Shown here: in pieces, positions 35,911-48,627 of the stretch
How positions within the stretch are numbered: position 1 is the stretch's first letter
Layout: every line of letters starts with the position of its first letter
Source of the DNA: Carcharhinus longimanus
Lineage: Eukaryota
Direction: 5' to 3'
NCBI GenBank assembly: GCA_030264375.1
Contig: JASCQW010000099.1
Span: 49,984,287-50,048,286 of the forward strand
Length of the DNA stretch: 64,000 nt
Notes under the pieces: generated by a model
What the model was told of the DNA's origin: nothing
What the model saw: only the letters and a program-made list of their open reading frames with translations
The model's database searches: none
Position numbers and translations under genes: made by a program

Positions 35911-37934
35911 GTGAATTACCACAACCTGCAGGGGGATTAAACATGTGCAGTTGACCTTTCCCTCTGCTGCACTCTGAACAGAGTTAATCAATCCCCACAC
36001 AGAATTGATCTGTCTTTCCTAGAAAGTATGATGTTTACTGACATTACATTAGAAAGGCTTCTACTTTTATTTAGTAAGTATTTTACATCAATGCGACATT
36101 AGTTTTCTGAAACAAGCTTTTGTTTAATGCACAAAAATCAAAACAGGAGGTGGAGGCTACTTGAACTTCAATGAGAAATTTAAACTATAATTTGTTTGAT
36201 GGCGAACTATGAAAAAAATCAAACTACAGTTGTTGAAGATTATTGAAAGGCAAAAAGGAAACTAAAAATAAGTGCCTGTTTTCAAATCCAGTTTGTTATT
36301 GTTTGTTTACTGTCCATTGTCTTTAATTTATGACAGCGTTTAACTCTGGTTTGTCAGGGTATTGTGCAGAACGTGAAGAATGAAACCATGCAAGTAAAAG
36401 ATACAAGCACACATCTATCCTTGTATGTGTATCCAATTTTGCCTCGCTCAGGTTTGAAATCGATTGAAAATTCTGCTTACTTTTCACTTCACTTGGGCTC
36501 AACCAAGGATTCCTCAGGGCAAATCTCTCAGTATTCACAATCCATTCAAGCTGACGTTGCACATTTTCAATCCTGTGACTGATCTTTCAAACTTTTACAC
36601 ATTTTCTATCCCTTTCTTCTCCACATTTTTCTTCTTGGTGCGTATTGTTCATGTGTCTTTCAGCTGGGAGGTAAGTGACTAAAGAGCAAACTTCTGTGCT
36701 AAATATCTCTTGTTCTGGAAAAGTGAGCCTGGTGTCAGGCCAGCTAATAGTGTCTTTCTTTTGGCTCCTTCTAAATAAGATGATCATGTGCAAAGTATCT
36801 GCCCCCGTTATCACATAAATGTATTTGTTCTATCACATGCCATGGTTAAGGTTTGCATTTGCAGCTAGGGAAATCATGATGACATTGTTCTTTGTCATCC
36901 AGAGGCCTCATGATCCTTGTTTACTGTAAAAACACTTCTTTCCATTACCGCCTTCAATCCCTTTCTCCATCTGTCAAATTAGTTGTCGTTGCATCTTGTC
37001 TGACTGAAAGAAGGTATAAAATCTGGAAAAATTGATTTTTCATTCCATTTTGAGCCACCTTCTCAGTATTTCTTTGTTTTGGAGTTTCTCTAATTTGATT
37101 TTATGCACACATCTGCTCTCGTATGGTCTCTGTTATCTACAGTGCTGGCAATCGAGTACTGCTAATCATGTTAATTTAGTGTCTGTATTGTGCCCTGCTT
37201 GACCCAAATGTTTCCTATTAGATAATTCTGCAAACTTTTTTCCCTAAAATTGCAACTAAACAAGCAGGTATGTAGTTGAAGAGGATTACTATTAAAAATG
37301 CCCAGGGTCTGAGCACTGGAAAGATGAGACAAAGAAGAAGGGCAAGAGATTCAAATGTTTCACTCGCAAAGAGTACTTGTCTTTGCCTTGTAGCGAAGGG
37401 AACAGCAAGGACATTCCTGACAAGCAAGAGACCAGTATTTATGTTTAGGGATATTCTTGAAGGACTACAACTACTGCTTCCACAGTATTCACATTGTTCG
37501 TTGAAACCAGACTTCTAAAAATAACTATCTTGAAATTTAATAGCAGTATATGGGAGCAGACTTGAAATGGTAGCAACCTGACAGTCCTCTGCATTGTTTC
37601 CTGAAGCAGATATCTAATTAGTAGTCAAGATTGTATTGGTGCCAGACTTCTGATTTTAAAGCCTTAGCTGGTTGCAACCAACTGGATCCCCACCCAACTG
37701 CCATAGGTCAGCAAACCTGTGACAGTTTTGCCCTATTTGTGTGGAGGGATCAGCAAAGACACCAGTTCTCTCCAAATTCTGCCAACCAGAACTGAAGATT
37801 CAAATGCAATTGCTGCTGAAGTGCTTTCAAACCTCATGCAATTTACCAGTGACCCTTGTCCAATAATTATGTTGCCCAGTAATGTAGAATGTAGAGCAGA
37901 TGCAAGTTTCCCTTGTCAGTAATGGAAAAGAAAA

Positions 37935-38250
37935 GAAAGACATGCATGTATCCAGTGCCTTTCATGACCACTGGGCATTTCAAAGTGCTTTACAGTTAAT
38001 TATGGACTGTTTCTGGAAGTGTAGTCTCTTGTAATGTAGAAAGGGCGACAGCCACTTTACTAGATTGCTGTTGTAGGAGCTTGCAATGAACGGTCTGTAT
38101 GTGATGCAGCTTAAGGACTAAATATTGGCCACAAAAGTAACTTCCTGCTCTTCTTTAAAATAGCGCCATAGGATCTTTCACATCCTGGGCAGAGGACAAT
38201 TGGGACCTTGTTTTAACATCTCAACTGAAAGATGGCATCTTCGACGGTGG
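37935..38250 (-). mobile_element. DeuSINE (SacSINE1-like) copy
   Basis: Antisense of the 31815-32200 motifs (CTGCTCTTCTTTAAAATAG.GCCAT.GGATCTT; TTTAACATCTCA.CTGAAAGA). Confidence 0.65.
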
Positions 38251-39263
38251 GGTGTCATGTGGAGTAGACAAGTGAGCTTTAGGTGCAAGAGTCTTGATTC
38301 TTGGAATTTAAAGTATTCCCCTTTTATACTAGAATATCATTTCTCCTTTCCTACAAGTTAGTGATGATTCTTAGCTAATCATGGCTCAGAGCAGAAAAAC
38401 CTGGATTTATTTTCCTGTTGTGATTGAAGTCCTGACTCATTGAGATTGACCGTGCAATGAGCTAATTTGTGTCGTATGCGAAAGTTTCCAACACTGAGCT
38501 CAGGGTTAGAGATGTGGGCAGGTATGGGGGACTCGCTTGGATACCTGCCCTGGAAATATTATGAGCTCTGGTATAACTCGGTGATCACCCTGTGTACTGA
38601 AACTGAACAGCACAAACAAGATCCTCCCTCTCCCCCAACCTACCACCCCTACCTCTGACTCCACAAGCCGGTCTGACAATCACCCCCCACCCAGGTTCAA
38701 CTACATGCTTCTATTTGCACGACTGACTTGCTCGCTCGCTTAGTCATTCACTCACCAACCCACTTAGTAATCCACTGAAAAACTTATGACATTTAGACGT
38801 TTCCTGTAATAATGTTGTAAAAAGGGGACGTGTCCTGTATTCGTTCACCCTTTCTTGCACTTGACTGTCTTGTTCTGGAAAGGCTATGCAGACCCTCTAC
38901 TATACTTCTGTATTTCTAAGTATGGGCTGGAAATAACACAATATGGTTGGAGAGCTGAAATATTTTTGGGCAGTGACAGTGCACACAGCATTGACATTGA
39001 CTGGAGGATCAGGACCAGAAGATCCAGGCGCATAACTCTAAAACTGATGTATTCAGTTAGTTTTTGGAAAATATGCTATGTAGTACAGTGAAAAACCTCT
39101 TTATTTCCTGCTATTGGCAATTTCATTAAGGTCAAATCTTGGGGGACTTCCATTGACAAGGAGGTTGTTTCCCTTCCCTTGTCCACCCCCTTGCTGCTGC
39201 CTTTCAGAGACAACACAGCTTGCATAAAAAGTGGGTCATAGTAAGCTTTTTAATTTAAAAACT

Positions 39264-39365
39264 ATTGTTGAAAAGAGACATGTTATTGAAGCTTTTCATC
39301 TTGCACCCATCAGGACAAGTGCAAGAATACCAGATTTCAAACAATCGCAATAATTTATAGTACAG
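39264..39365 (-). mobile_element. Penelope family B pLTR end with degenerate hammerhead
   Basis: Reverse complement: CTTGCACTTGTC-CTGATGG-GTGCAAGAT-GAAA-AGCTTC...TGTCTCTTTTCAAC, homologous to 19755-19807. Confidence 0.75.
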
Positions 39366-40642
39366 AACACCTCACTTGAAGTTGTGCTTGTGTTCTTGAA
39401 ATTAGTGACATTAAGTGAACCAATTTTAATTGAATCATGTATTCCCATAGGGATCAGTGTTAAAGCTGGAATTGGGTTCCTTCGAACATTTCTCACTCAG
39501 CGAAACCAATGTATAAGTTGAGATACTGTACCTACATGCGCAGCATTGTATTCCTCACTGAAATGTTTCGCAAAATAAAAGAACTATTGTATAAATGCAA
39601 ATTGGGTAACATTTGCAAATCTCCTTGTCGTCTTAAGATTTGAGGGTGATTTGCTTCCAGTTTTGTACGATGGGTTCTGGGATGGCTGATAATCTAGCGT
39701 GCAGTCTCCAGACTCTGCCACACGTGGGTAGGTGTTGCTTTTGCACTCTCTCCGCCACCGTGACTTAACCTCTGTGTATTCCTATTGAAGTCTCTCTGTT
39801 TGGTGTCTTCCCAAATGAACCTCTTCCCATTTTAGTTGGTCTCCATGAGTTGTAGGAGTCCTTTGACCTCATCAGGGAAGCTTTGAGGACATCCCTAAAG
39901 TGTTTCAGTGAGATGGCTTTGAATGATTTAGAGCCTCAGTGCTGATCCTTGCTTGCTGAAAATGGCTCTTTCATTGGTTTTAAAATGGCTTCTGCCTCAT
40001 TTGCTGCATACTTGAACAAGGGCCAGACTTGAGAGCTTCAAAATTATGCACATGATTGTAGAGTTGGCTTCCTTAAGGATATATCCTGTATCTTTCATCC
40101 AAATAAGCCCTTAGATAATGAAAGCAATTATTGTATCTGTGTACAGTAACAAATACCTTTTTTGCATAGATTTCAATGTGCCTCCCGCAAAACAGGCATT
40201 CCTGAAGTTTCCAAATTAAAGTCAGCCTACAGAGGCAAGAAATGAGCCTCCTTTTCTACAAGAGATGAAAAGCCCAGGCTTGAACATTTTGCTTTTCAAA
40301 AATAAAAACTTGGATATTCTTCATTCAGAACTTTGCCCCTGGGTTTAAAACAAAAGTTCTGTTGAGTGCAAACGCTTTTTTTCACAATGGCGCCAATCAG
40401 ACCAGGGAACCTGACTTCAGATGACCATTAAACTGACTGACATGAGATTACGTGCGGTGTATGCGAAGAAGACACCAATGAGTGCAATGAGGACGTTGAC
40501 ACATGATAATACCCAATGTGCGCAATGATGATGATAGAACATGCAGTGATATAAACAGCCTTGAGGAAGAAGCAACTTTAAGTAGCGTTAAGCAGGGCAA
40601 CAAAGCAAAGACGTGTTGTGCAGGAGAAAATGAGGAATTGGG

Positions 40643-40708
40643 CATTTTTGCACTTGTCCTGATGAGTGCACAATGAAAAACTTTGGTGATATGTATTTTT
40701 TTTCAGTA
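40643..40708 (+). mobile_element. Penelope family B pLTR end with degenerate hammerhead
   Basis: TTGCACTTGTC-CTGATGA-GTGCACAAT-GAAA-AACTTT...TGTATTTTTTTTCAG. Confidence 0.7.
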
Positions 40709-41384
40709 TTATTAAGTTCTACACTGCCAAACAACAATTTTTAAAACCTTCCTTTCTTTGAGGAGTCATCCCCATTAGTGATAGGTTAAGAAGCTCTGGT
40801 TTGATATATACTTTATTTACTCTGAAGGTCCAGAGTATGGGAACTCCTGATATAAAGAGCCAGTGGGTCCAACAGGCCATACACTGGAGACCCAGTGTAT
40901 CCATTCTCAGCTGAATTTCAAACTTGATCCAGTGTAGACCCACTGATGTTATCTTAGGAGTTCAAATGAGACGGCTGCAAATTTTCAGGACCTGTGCTCA
41001 AATCTGTTACAGTTAATCATCAGTTAATTTTATATCTTGCATCTTGCAATTTTTTTTAAGTCCTAAAGATTTTGTTGACTGGAGGTACTAGGTTTTTTTT
41101 TGCACAACGGGAGACATATTTGTTAATATTGCATTGTTGATATTTGCAAACAGCTGTCACATTCTAAACTTAATAACGACTGTATCCTAACCAAATAAAT
41201 ATTTCTACGGGGATTCTCCTCTGCGCTAGACACAGGTTTGAAGCGGAAACAAATTACCTTTTGATCTTGTCCACAACTGTTCTGTGACAAATTTAGTTTT
41301 CTATAACTTGGAATTTGCTCCAGTAGGCCATCTTCCTTTAAGTGTTACTGTGATTGATGTGATACCTTTGATATCTTCTATTAG

Positions 41385-41477
41385 CCTCCGGGACCACTAA
41401 GTTCAAGGCCTGCTTGGAATCTGAGGAATCCTGCAGAGGAGCTGAAGGCCTTCAGAGTCCTTGGGGTGATTGACAAG
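41385..41477 (+). CDS. RPS6KC1: RPS6KC1 exon: linker and start of kinase-like N-lobe
   Basis: CTATTAG|CCT...AAG|GTAATT; PPGPLSSRPAWNLRNPAEELKAFRVLGVIDK (too short for the ORF track). Confidence 0.95.
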
Positions 41478-44049
41478 GTAATTCTTCAGCATCATTTCAA
41501 GGGTTTAACCATAAATCAACCACCAGCTGAGGCTGTAGCTTTGAAGCTATTGGTTTTGACAGCTAGGAAACAAAAGAAAAATGACTTCGTTTGCCTGCAT
41601 TCTACAGAAACCGAGGGAGCAAAGTGAGTTTGTTTAAGTAGGATTGTAAGATTGTGTTGGGTATATATTGTTGTATTATAAGTTAGCGGAGATAATTCGA
41701 TATGGCCTTTTTAAATATTGCATTGTAAGATTGAAACAACTGGTAAATGTAATTCTTTATTACAGTCAACATGCTGTATAAATACAAGTTGCTGTAATTA
41801 CTAATGCTGCCTTGTAAACTTGAGCCACATCAAATACTTTTAATAGACTAACGGTTTGACAACTTGTGAACAGGACAGTAACAACAACCGCAGGTGCAAA
41901 GTATTGCTTACAGAAGTATGTAAAATGAAGATTTTATGGGTTCAAAACCAGAGATCAAATGCTCAAAAATGAAGAAGACCAATATAATGCAAATCAAAAA
42001 TAGGGTGTTACCACTGTAAGAGGGTTGTATTTGAGCACTATTGCAGCAAAGTCAAAATGTAAACCATTTTTATTGGGGAGAAGAATAATCTGTTGACAAA
42101 ATTAGCAGAATATGATGAAATTTGCAGGTGCAAGACTTTTGGTTCAATGTTCAGCGCACTATAGTAATGATACGTTTATGGTTATGTGATTGCCTCATTA
42201 AATGCTACGAGACCCTGAGGCTGTTTTACTCTGATAGTTGTAGGTAGGTTTCAGTTTTGTCCCACATATGCTTAATGCTACTCCATGTTTACAGAATGAG
42301 GTAAGTGATGCAGAATAATAGGTGAATGCCGGTGATTCAGTCGAGTGTTATTGTGACATCCTAACCCTTAAGGGCAAGACTCATGTAGTTTTGTCAGGGT
42401 CAGTGGAAAACTAAAGTTAACCTAAACTCACTGCCTGACATTTATCGTGCCTTCAGTTTGCGTGATGTTTTGTATTGCTGCCTGCTTCCACACTGAACAC
42501 GGTAGAAGCAAACTAATTGTGGTGTAGAAGAAGCAAGAAATGAAAGGACAGAACACCACGTAACAACCTCGCCACTTATTGCACCATAATATGAACAGCT
42601 TTGTTTTCTTAAGAGTGAATTATTATCGTGATCTCTCACTTTCTCTTTCTCTCTCACCCTCCTGCATCTGCATAAATGTATGTTTATCTTAACCCTTGGG
42701 TTCATGTTTGTGAAGAAAACTGGTACCCAGACGGAAATAAAGTATTATACAGAGAAAATTAATGAGACCCTCTTGACATTCCAATCATATCTTCAAAGGA
42801 GACTTTATTTAGTGACCTTGTATTAAACAGATGTGCCAAACTATATTAATTTTCTTAAGCACTTTCACAAATTATGTTATTCTTCAGAGACTGAGCAGAA
42901 TCCTGAGGGGTTGTCTTAACTATCACAGTGAATCATTTTCAGCAGCTTCTTTTTCTAATCTAACACTAGGAGTGCTGAAAGTAAATTACAAGGCAAAAGC
43001 CTGATTAAATTAGCAGATGAATGTAGGCTTAGCTCTTCCCGTGTCCCCATTTGTTTCAATTTCCTCATTTTAATTTGAGACCCAGATTTCCTTTGACGAA
43101 ATAGAAATTGAATTACAAGATATTTCCTTTTACATGCTGATGAATTCATGCAAATCGATGTTGCTGACATAAAATTTTTTTTGTGTGTGGGAGCTGAACA
43201 GGTCAGACAGATATTGCAGCAGGTTTGGAGGATGGGGAGGATTTGAGGGCCCGCTGACAATATTGACAATATTGGGCATGTTCAGATTGGTGCGGAGATC
43301 CAGAGCCTGGGACATCTGTTGAAAGGCGTACTGTGGCTCCTCCTGGAGCTAACAATCATTGAAATCCGTGAGAAGGCCAACTCTCCTGACCCTTCCTAGC
43401 TGTTAAACACACCTTAAAATGTTGCACCTTGGGTCTAACTGGGTTTTTCAACAGCAATGTGATTAACAAAATGTGTTAAGTAACAGAACCAGCCCAAAAA
43501 AAACATTTTACAATCACGGAGTGCTGTTACTAGAAATAGTAATTTTGTTAGAGCTACTTTGCGTAATTTATTACATTTTTAAAACTTTTTTTTAGCTCCT
43601 ATCTTCACTTTTTTCATGAAGGGTGAGGGTCCTTGCCCCAGCGGGCCATTTAATTGGCACGGGACAGGCCTTCTGTCCCTAATGGAGAAAGTAGCTCCAT
43701 CTCTAAGAGTTGTTGACAGTCAAGTGGTTGGCAGCTCTTTGGACCCAGCAGCGCCATCTGGACTGACGACCACTGCCGAAACTGCATCCAGTCCCTTGAG
43801 CTGGTTGGAAAGGTAAGTTAGGGGAGGAGATCGCGAAGGCCAGAGTGAGGCAGAGTGGGAGGGTTGGCATGGACAGATCACTGGGGGGTGGGGGTTTGGG
43901 GAAACATTTGGGATTTTTTATTGTGCCCGGGGGCACACTTACTACCAGTGTAGTGAAAGCTTCTGGCCCAATCTTTTGATCTGAATCTTGGATTGACCCA
44001 GCATCATGACATTGCTTTGAGGGGAAGAGTGTCGAATCTGCACTTCCCC

Positions 44050-44620
44050 TTTGTCTGAAATAGTGCTCACTCTAAAGAACTTCGCTCTTGTTTTAAGATA
44101 ATGCTCCCTTTTTTGTGTATTTTTCCAATCAGAGAAAATAGTTTCTCTGCATCTTGAACTCATTTGTCATTTTAGACATCTCAGATTACCCCTCAACCTT
44201 TTAAACTCAAGGAAATAAATACCTAATTGTTCCACCTTTCCCATAATTTAAGCTTTTAGACTCCAGCACCGTTCTGGTGAATATGCTGTATCTCCTCACC
44301 AACCAATTAGTCCTTCCTGAGTTTCAGTGCCCAAAACTATACGCAGTACTTTAGATGGAGTGTGACTAAGGCTCAATATAGCTAGGACATAATTCCCTCC
44401 CCTTTGTATTCCAGCCCTTTGAGTTAAATGCCAACATTCTGTTAGTCTTTTGACTCTGTTTCGTACCTGTGCATTAGATTATAATGATACCTGTACGTGA
44501 CCACTCAAACTCTCTTGCTCCCAAGAGAGTTTGAGCATCCATGAGGTCAAGAGTTCCAAGTCTCTCACCTTAGAAAAATATTCTGCATTTTTTTTAAGGA
44601 TCTGAAGTAGATGATCTCAC
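44050..44620 (-). mobile_element. CR1 LINE fragment, old
   Basis: CCCAAAACTATACGCAGTACTTTAGATGGAG and AAATGCCAACATTCTGTTAG are antisense CR1 ORF2 motifs. Confidence 0.7.
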
Positions 44621-45169
44621 CCATCATAGCTTTGTCCCATCACTATTGGAAATTTTGGCTAAAAAGGTCAGAGTTGGACCAGTTTCAATGAGAGGTTAAA
44701 AATCTGAATCCATTTTCAACCTACCTGCACTCAGTTTAAATACAGGTGGATAGGTGCCCCTGTTTATTCACCACTTTCTGACCCGCTGGATCTTGGGGTC
44801 TAGGAAAAGGAGGTGAATACTGCTGGATCCAGGAATGAGTGTCTTTTCGCTTACCTGCCCAACTGGATCCAGTGCCCCACAATTAGCCCCCTCGCCGTTC
44901 CTGACCCTTCCGGTCTCCCTCTCCATCTTGTTCAAAATATTCCACAATGCAGAAAATGCAGGATCGAGGTTCTGTAATTGATCAGCTGTTCTTGAAACAG
45001 ATTGACATTCCCACTGCCTGCATCAGGACTCCACTGGAGGTGGTGGATGGCTGACGTACTAGAGTAAAGTTCAGGACATTTACAGGAAACTATCCCTCAT
45101 TTACTCTAGCCAGGTGCTTTTATAATCACCAAATGGATTTGGAATGGGCACTATAAAGATCCAGACTCT

Positions 45170-45355
45170 GGATGAGTGCTGCTCCAACAACACTCAAGAA
45201 ATTAACACCATCCAGGACAAAGCAGCCCACAATTTGACACCATATCCACAAACCTTCAGTCCCTCCACCACTAGCGAATAGTAACAGCAGTGTGTACTAT
45301 TTACAAGATGCGCTGCAGGAGTTCACCAAAGCCCCTTAGACAGCACCTTCCAACG
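45170..45355 (+). mobile_element. CR1-group LINE ORF2 C-terminal fragment
   Basis: WMSAAPTTLKK...TIQDKAA...SLHH..IVTAVCTIYKMRC. Confidence 0.6.
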
Positions 45356-45939
45356 TGACAATCATAGCTCTCTGTGCCTGTTACCGGGTGGCAAATTCCT
45401 CCTCCTCCCATTGTAGACTCCCAATCTGATCTTCCAGTAACTACTCTTCGCCGGTGGGGTCTTCAGGCTGAGTGCTCCCTTGACCTCTCTCGCAGGGCCT
45501 TTGATGTCCTCCACCCCCACCGTTGAGGCTTCTGATCTCCCTGATAAGACTTCTATACACCCCTCCTTTCACTTTTCCTCACCCCGTCCTATGCTGGTGG
45601 CAATCTGAAGCTTACGATTCATTTCTTGTTTCTGTAAATCGTTCTCCAGGGTACCTGACTGCGTTCCCTGCTGCAGATCATCCTATCGCCATTGACAGTC
45701 TAGCTTGTCAATTTGACAGGATACTGGGTGTGAAACCGAATTAAAATGTTGTAATGAGGTCTTGCTGCTAAATTGAGCAGATCTGGCGCATTCTTGACCA
45801 CACTCTGAATCCCCCTTCCCTGTGCATGTTGGGGCTTCAGTCTTTGATACATTTCAATAACATTGTAACAGTTGGCTGGTACCTGGTGCCTAAGTTCTTC
45901 TCCCTCCCTTCTTAAGTAATGGTGTATCATTGTAATTTT

Positions 45940-47400
45940 CAAATCCAATTAATCCTTGAACCCACTGAACTTTGGAAACTTATGGTCGTTGCATCTGCAA
46001 TTTTCTAATCTATTCAATTCTCAGGATGGAAACCATCAGATGCGGGAGATTTGGCTATCTTTTGAGTTCCATTATTTTCCTTATTGCCTTTTTTTGACTT
46101 TTATTAAATCCACTAAATTCTTCCTGTTGACTTTATTTTGGGTTCCTTTGTAATGTTGGTATTTTGCCTTTAACTTCCATTGTGAAAACAGATACTAAGT
46201 GCTCATTTAACAAGTCTGCAATTTCTTTATTGCCCGTTATATTCCTGTATGTCTTTCCCTTTCATAATCTGACATTAGCCTGTCTGTTTATCTTATATTT
46301 CAAAAATTGTTAGCTTTGATATCCTTTGCAGGCAGGATTTTTCTTATTTCTTTTGCTTCTCCTCCTTTACTGGTTTTTGTATCATGATGTTGCTTTTTGA
46401 TAGCTCTCCCAGTTATGTGGATTTCTAACTTTTCTTGCATTCATGTAAACCTTTCCTTTTAGATTGATGTCTCATCTGTTGAACATAATTGCCTAACTAA
46501 ATAAATGGCACCTTTTATCCTTTTAGTCGTAAGTGCTGGTTTTATTGTTATACTAAATAACCTCATTGAATACTTCCCACTGTATCTGTAGGTTTACCTA
46601 TTAATGATTCATTGCAGTTAACTTTGATAAAATCATTTCTTATCCCTTCAGTGTGTTCCATATTTAAAACTGTAAACCTGGGTTTGAGACTGCCTCTTCT
46701 CATTCACGATCCAAATATCAATTCAATCAGATTACCATCATTCTATTCATGTACCTTTTCTGCCCGATTGTTAACCATCTAGTTTGTTTCTACCATTAAA
46801 TCTAGTAAAAAATATAACTGTTCTTGTTACTGGTTTAAGATTTTTTTTGTTACATGCTTTCCCAATTTCTATATTTGTACATTCTCCCTTTAGATCACTG
46901 TTGTAAGGAGTGTGTAGACAACTCCCACCAGTTTTTACATCCTCTGCAGTTCCTTAATTTTGTCTGTAGTGTTTCCAAAGCCTGATCAACCCGAGTGAAA
47001 TCCTTTCTTTTGTTCTAATTGTGTGCATTTGTTTTTTAAAAAATCAATATTACTACTACCCCTCTTTATCAATTTTCTTGTCTTTCCCAAAGAATTTATA
47101 ACCTGGAATTTCTGGCTCACAATCATGCTAAGCTCATAATCAGGTTTTTTTGTTAATATCCAAGTCAAATATTTTCAAAAAGATAAATGCTAGGCTAAAT
47201 GAATCTGTTTGGAAGCTCTGCTGTTTCCTCTCTCTGTCTCGATGGTTGTTCTGTCTGTTCCCTGCCTGCTATAATATGTAATCGTTCGTTGTGTCCTAGT
47301 TGGCAATCTTCCTCAAACCTGTCCTTTTGTCCCCGAATATGCACAATCCATTCTCCTCTGCTAGAGTTTCTCCCTTCAGTCACGATGCCTCTTTACTCTG
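45940..47400 (-). mobile_element. Very old CR1-like LINE body
   Basis: T-rich antisense text with TGTGAAAACAGATACTAAGTGCTCATTTAA (LN.YF.SVFT-like) near 46180. Confidence 0.5.
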
Positions 47401-48279
47401 GGCACCCGTGCAGTGAAGATGCCTGACAGGATTTTGGGTGACAGCAGCTGGTGGACCCCTGGGGCAGTTGTGTTTTACAGGTATTTGGTTAGGACATTGG
47501 AATTAAAGTCAGTAGCATATATAAGCAAATTTATTGAACTATAATTAATGTTGCTGCATTTTGAAAATATTTTCCATTTATATCCTACAAAGGGAGTTAG
47601 TTTATATTGGTAAGCAATAAATCCAGATGGGAAGAAGAACGTGTCCTCTTCCAGTTGATTATTTTGTTACAAGTATAGTTCCATGATAGCCTAGTGGTGA
47701 AACAATAAGGCTGCTGTCTTTTCAATAAAGCTAACTATCATAGAAACATGGAAAATAGGAGCAGGGGTAGGCCATTCTGCCCCTCGAGCCTGCTCCGCCA
47801 TTCAATGTGATCATGGCTGATTCTCTATCTCAACGCCATACTCTCGCTCTTCCCCCCCCAATGTTAACTTGCCCACATGGCTCATTTTCATGTACATGAA
47901 CAGTGATTGTTATGTGTGGAAAGTTTACAACTGACTGTTCCTCTCCTCACTTGGCATGTGCACACATCCCCTGTTCAGCAGCGGTCACTGAATAGCCAGA
48001 GAGGACAATGTAGTGGCCCCCATTTGTTTAGTTGCAGTAGCCCTAATTGGTTCTTGATATGACTGAGACCAGAGTTAATTGCAGTGATGAAGTGTACTAA
48101 ATTGAGGGGTTTTAATCAACCATTAAGCACTTTTAATGAAAGTAAATTGGAAAAGTTCAGTTATCAACGTGTGTTTGCATGTCAAACTGGGCTCAAATTT
48201 GAACTGCTGGTCATTCCAAACTGCTCGTGTCAGAAATGTGGAGGTTCACAGACGTTTTCAAAATCCCACTTGTTAAAAA

Positions 48280-48627
48280 AAATTCATTCATGGTATGTGA
48301 GTATCTCTGACTGGGTCAACATCTATTGCCCATCCCTAATTGCCCTTGAAATGTGTGGCTCGCCTGTTCTTTTTAGAGGGCATTTAAGAGTCAGCTGCCT
48401 TCCTGAAATCTGAAGTCATGTGTAGGCCAAACCAGTCAAGATTGGCAGATTTCCTTCCCTAAAGGACATTAGTGAACCAGGTGGGTTTTTACGACAATCG
48501 ACAATGGTCGTCATTAGGCTTTTAATTCCAGATTTTCTCTTGAGTTCAAATTTGAACCTGGGTCCCCAGTGCATTAACCTGGCTCACTGCGTTACTAGTC
48601 CAGTGACAATACCACTAGGTCACTGCC
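48280..48627 (-). mobile_element. tRNA(Thr)-like-headed SINE with LINE-derived tail
   Basis: Minus strand starts GGCAGTGACCTAGTGGTATTGTCACTGGACTAGTAA...GGGGACCCAGGTTCAAAT; tail matches the LINE end at 35305-35380. Confidence 0.75.
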
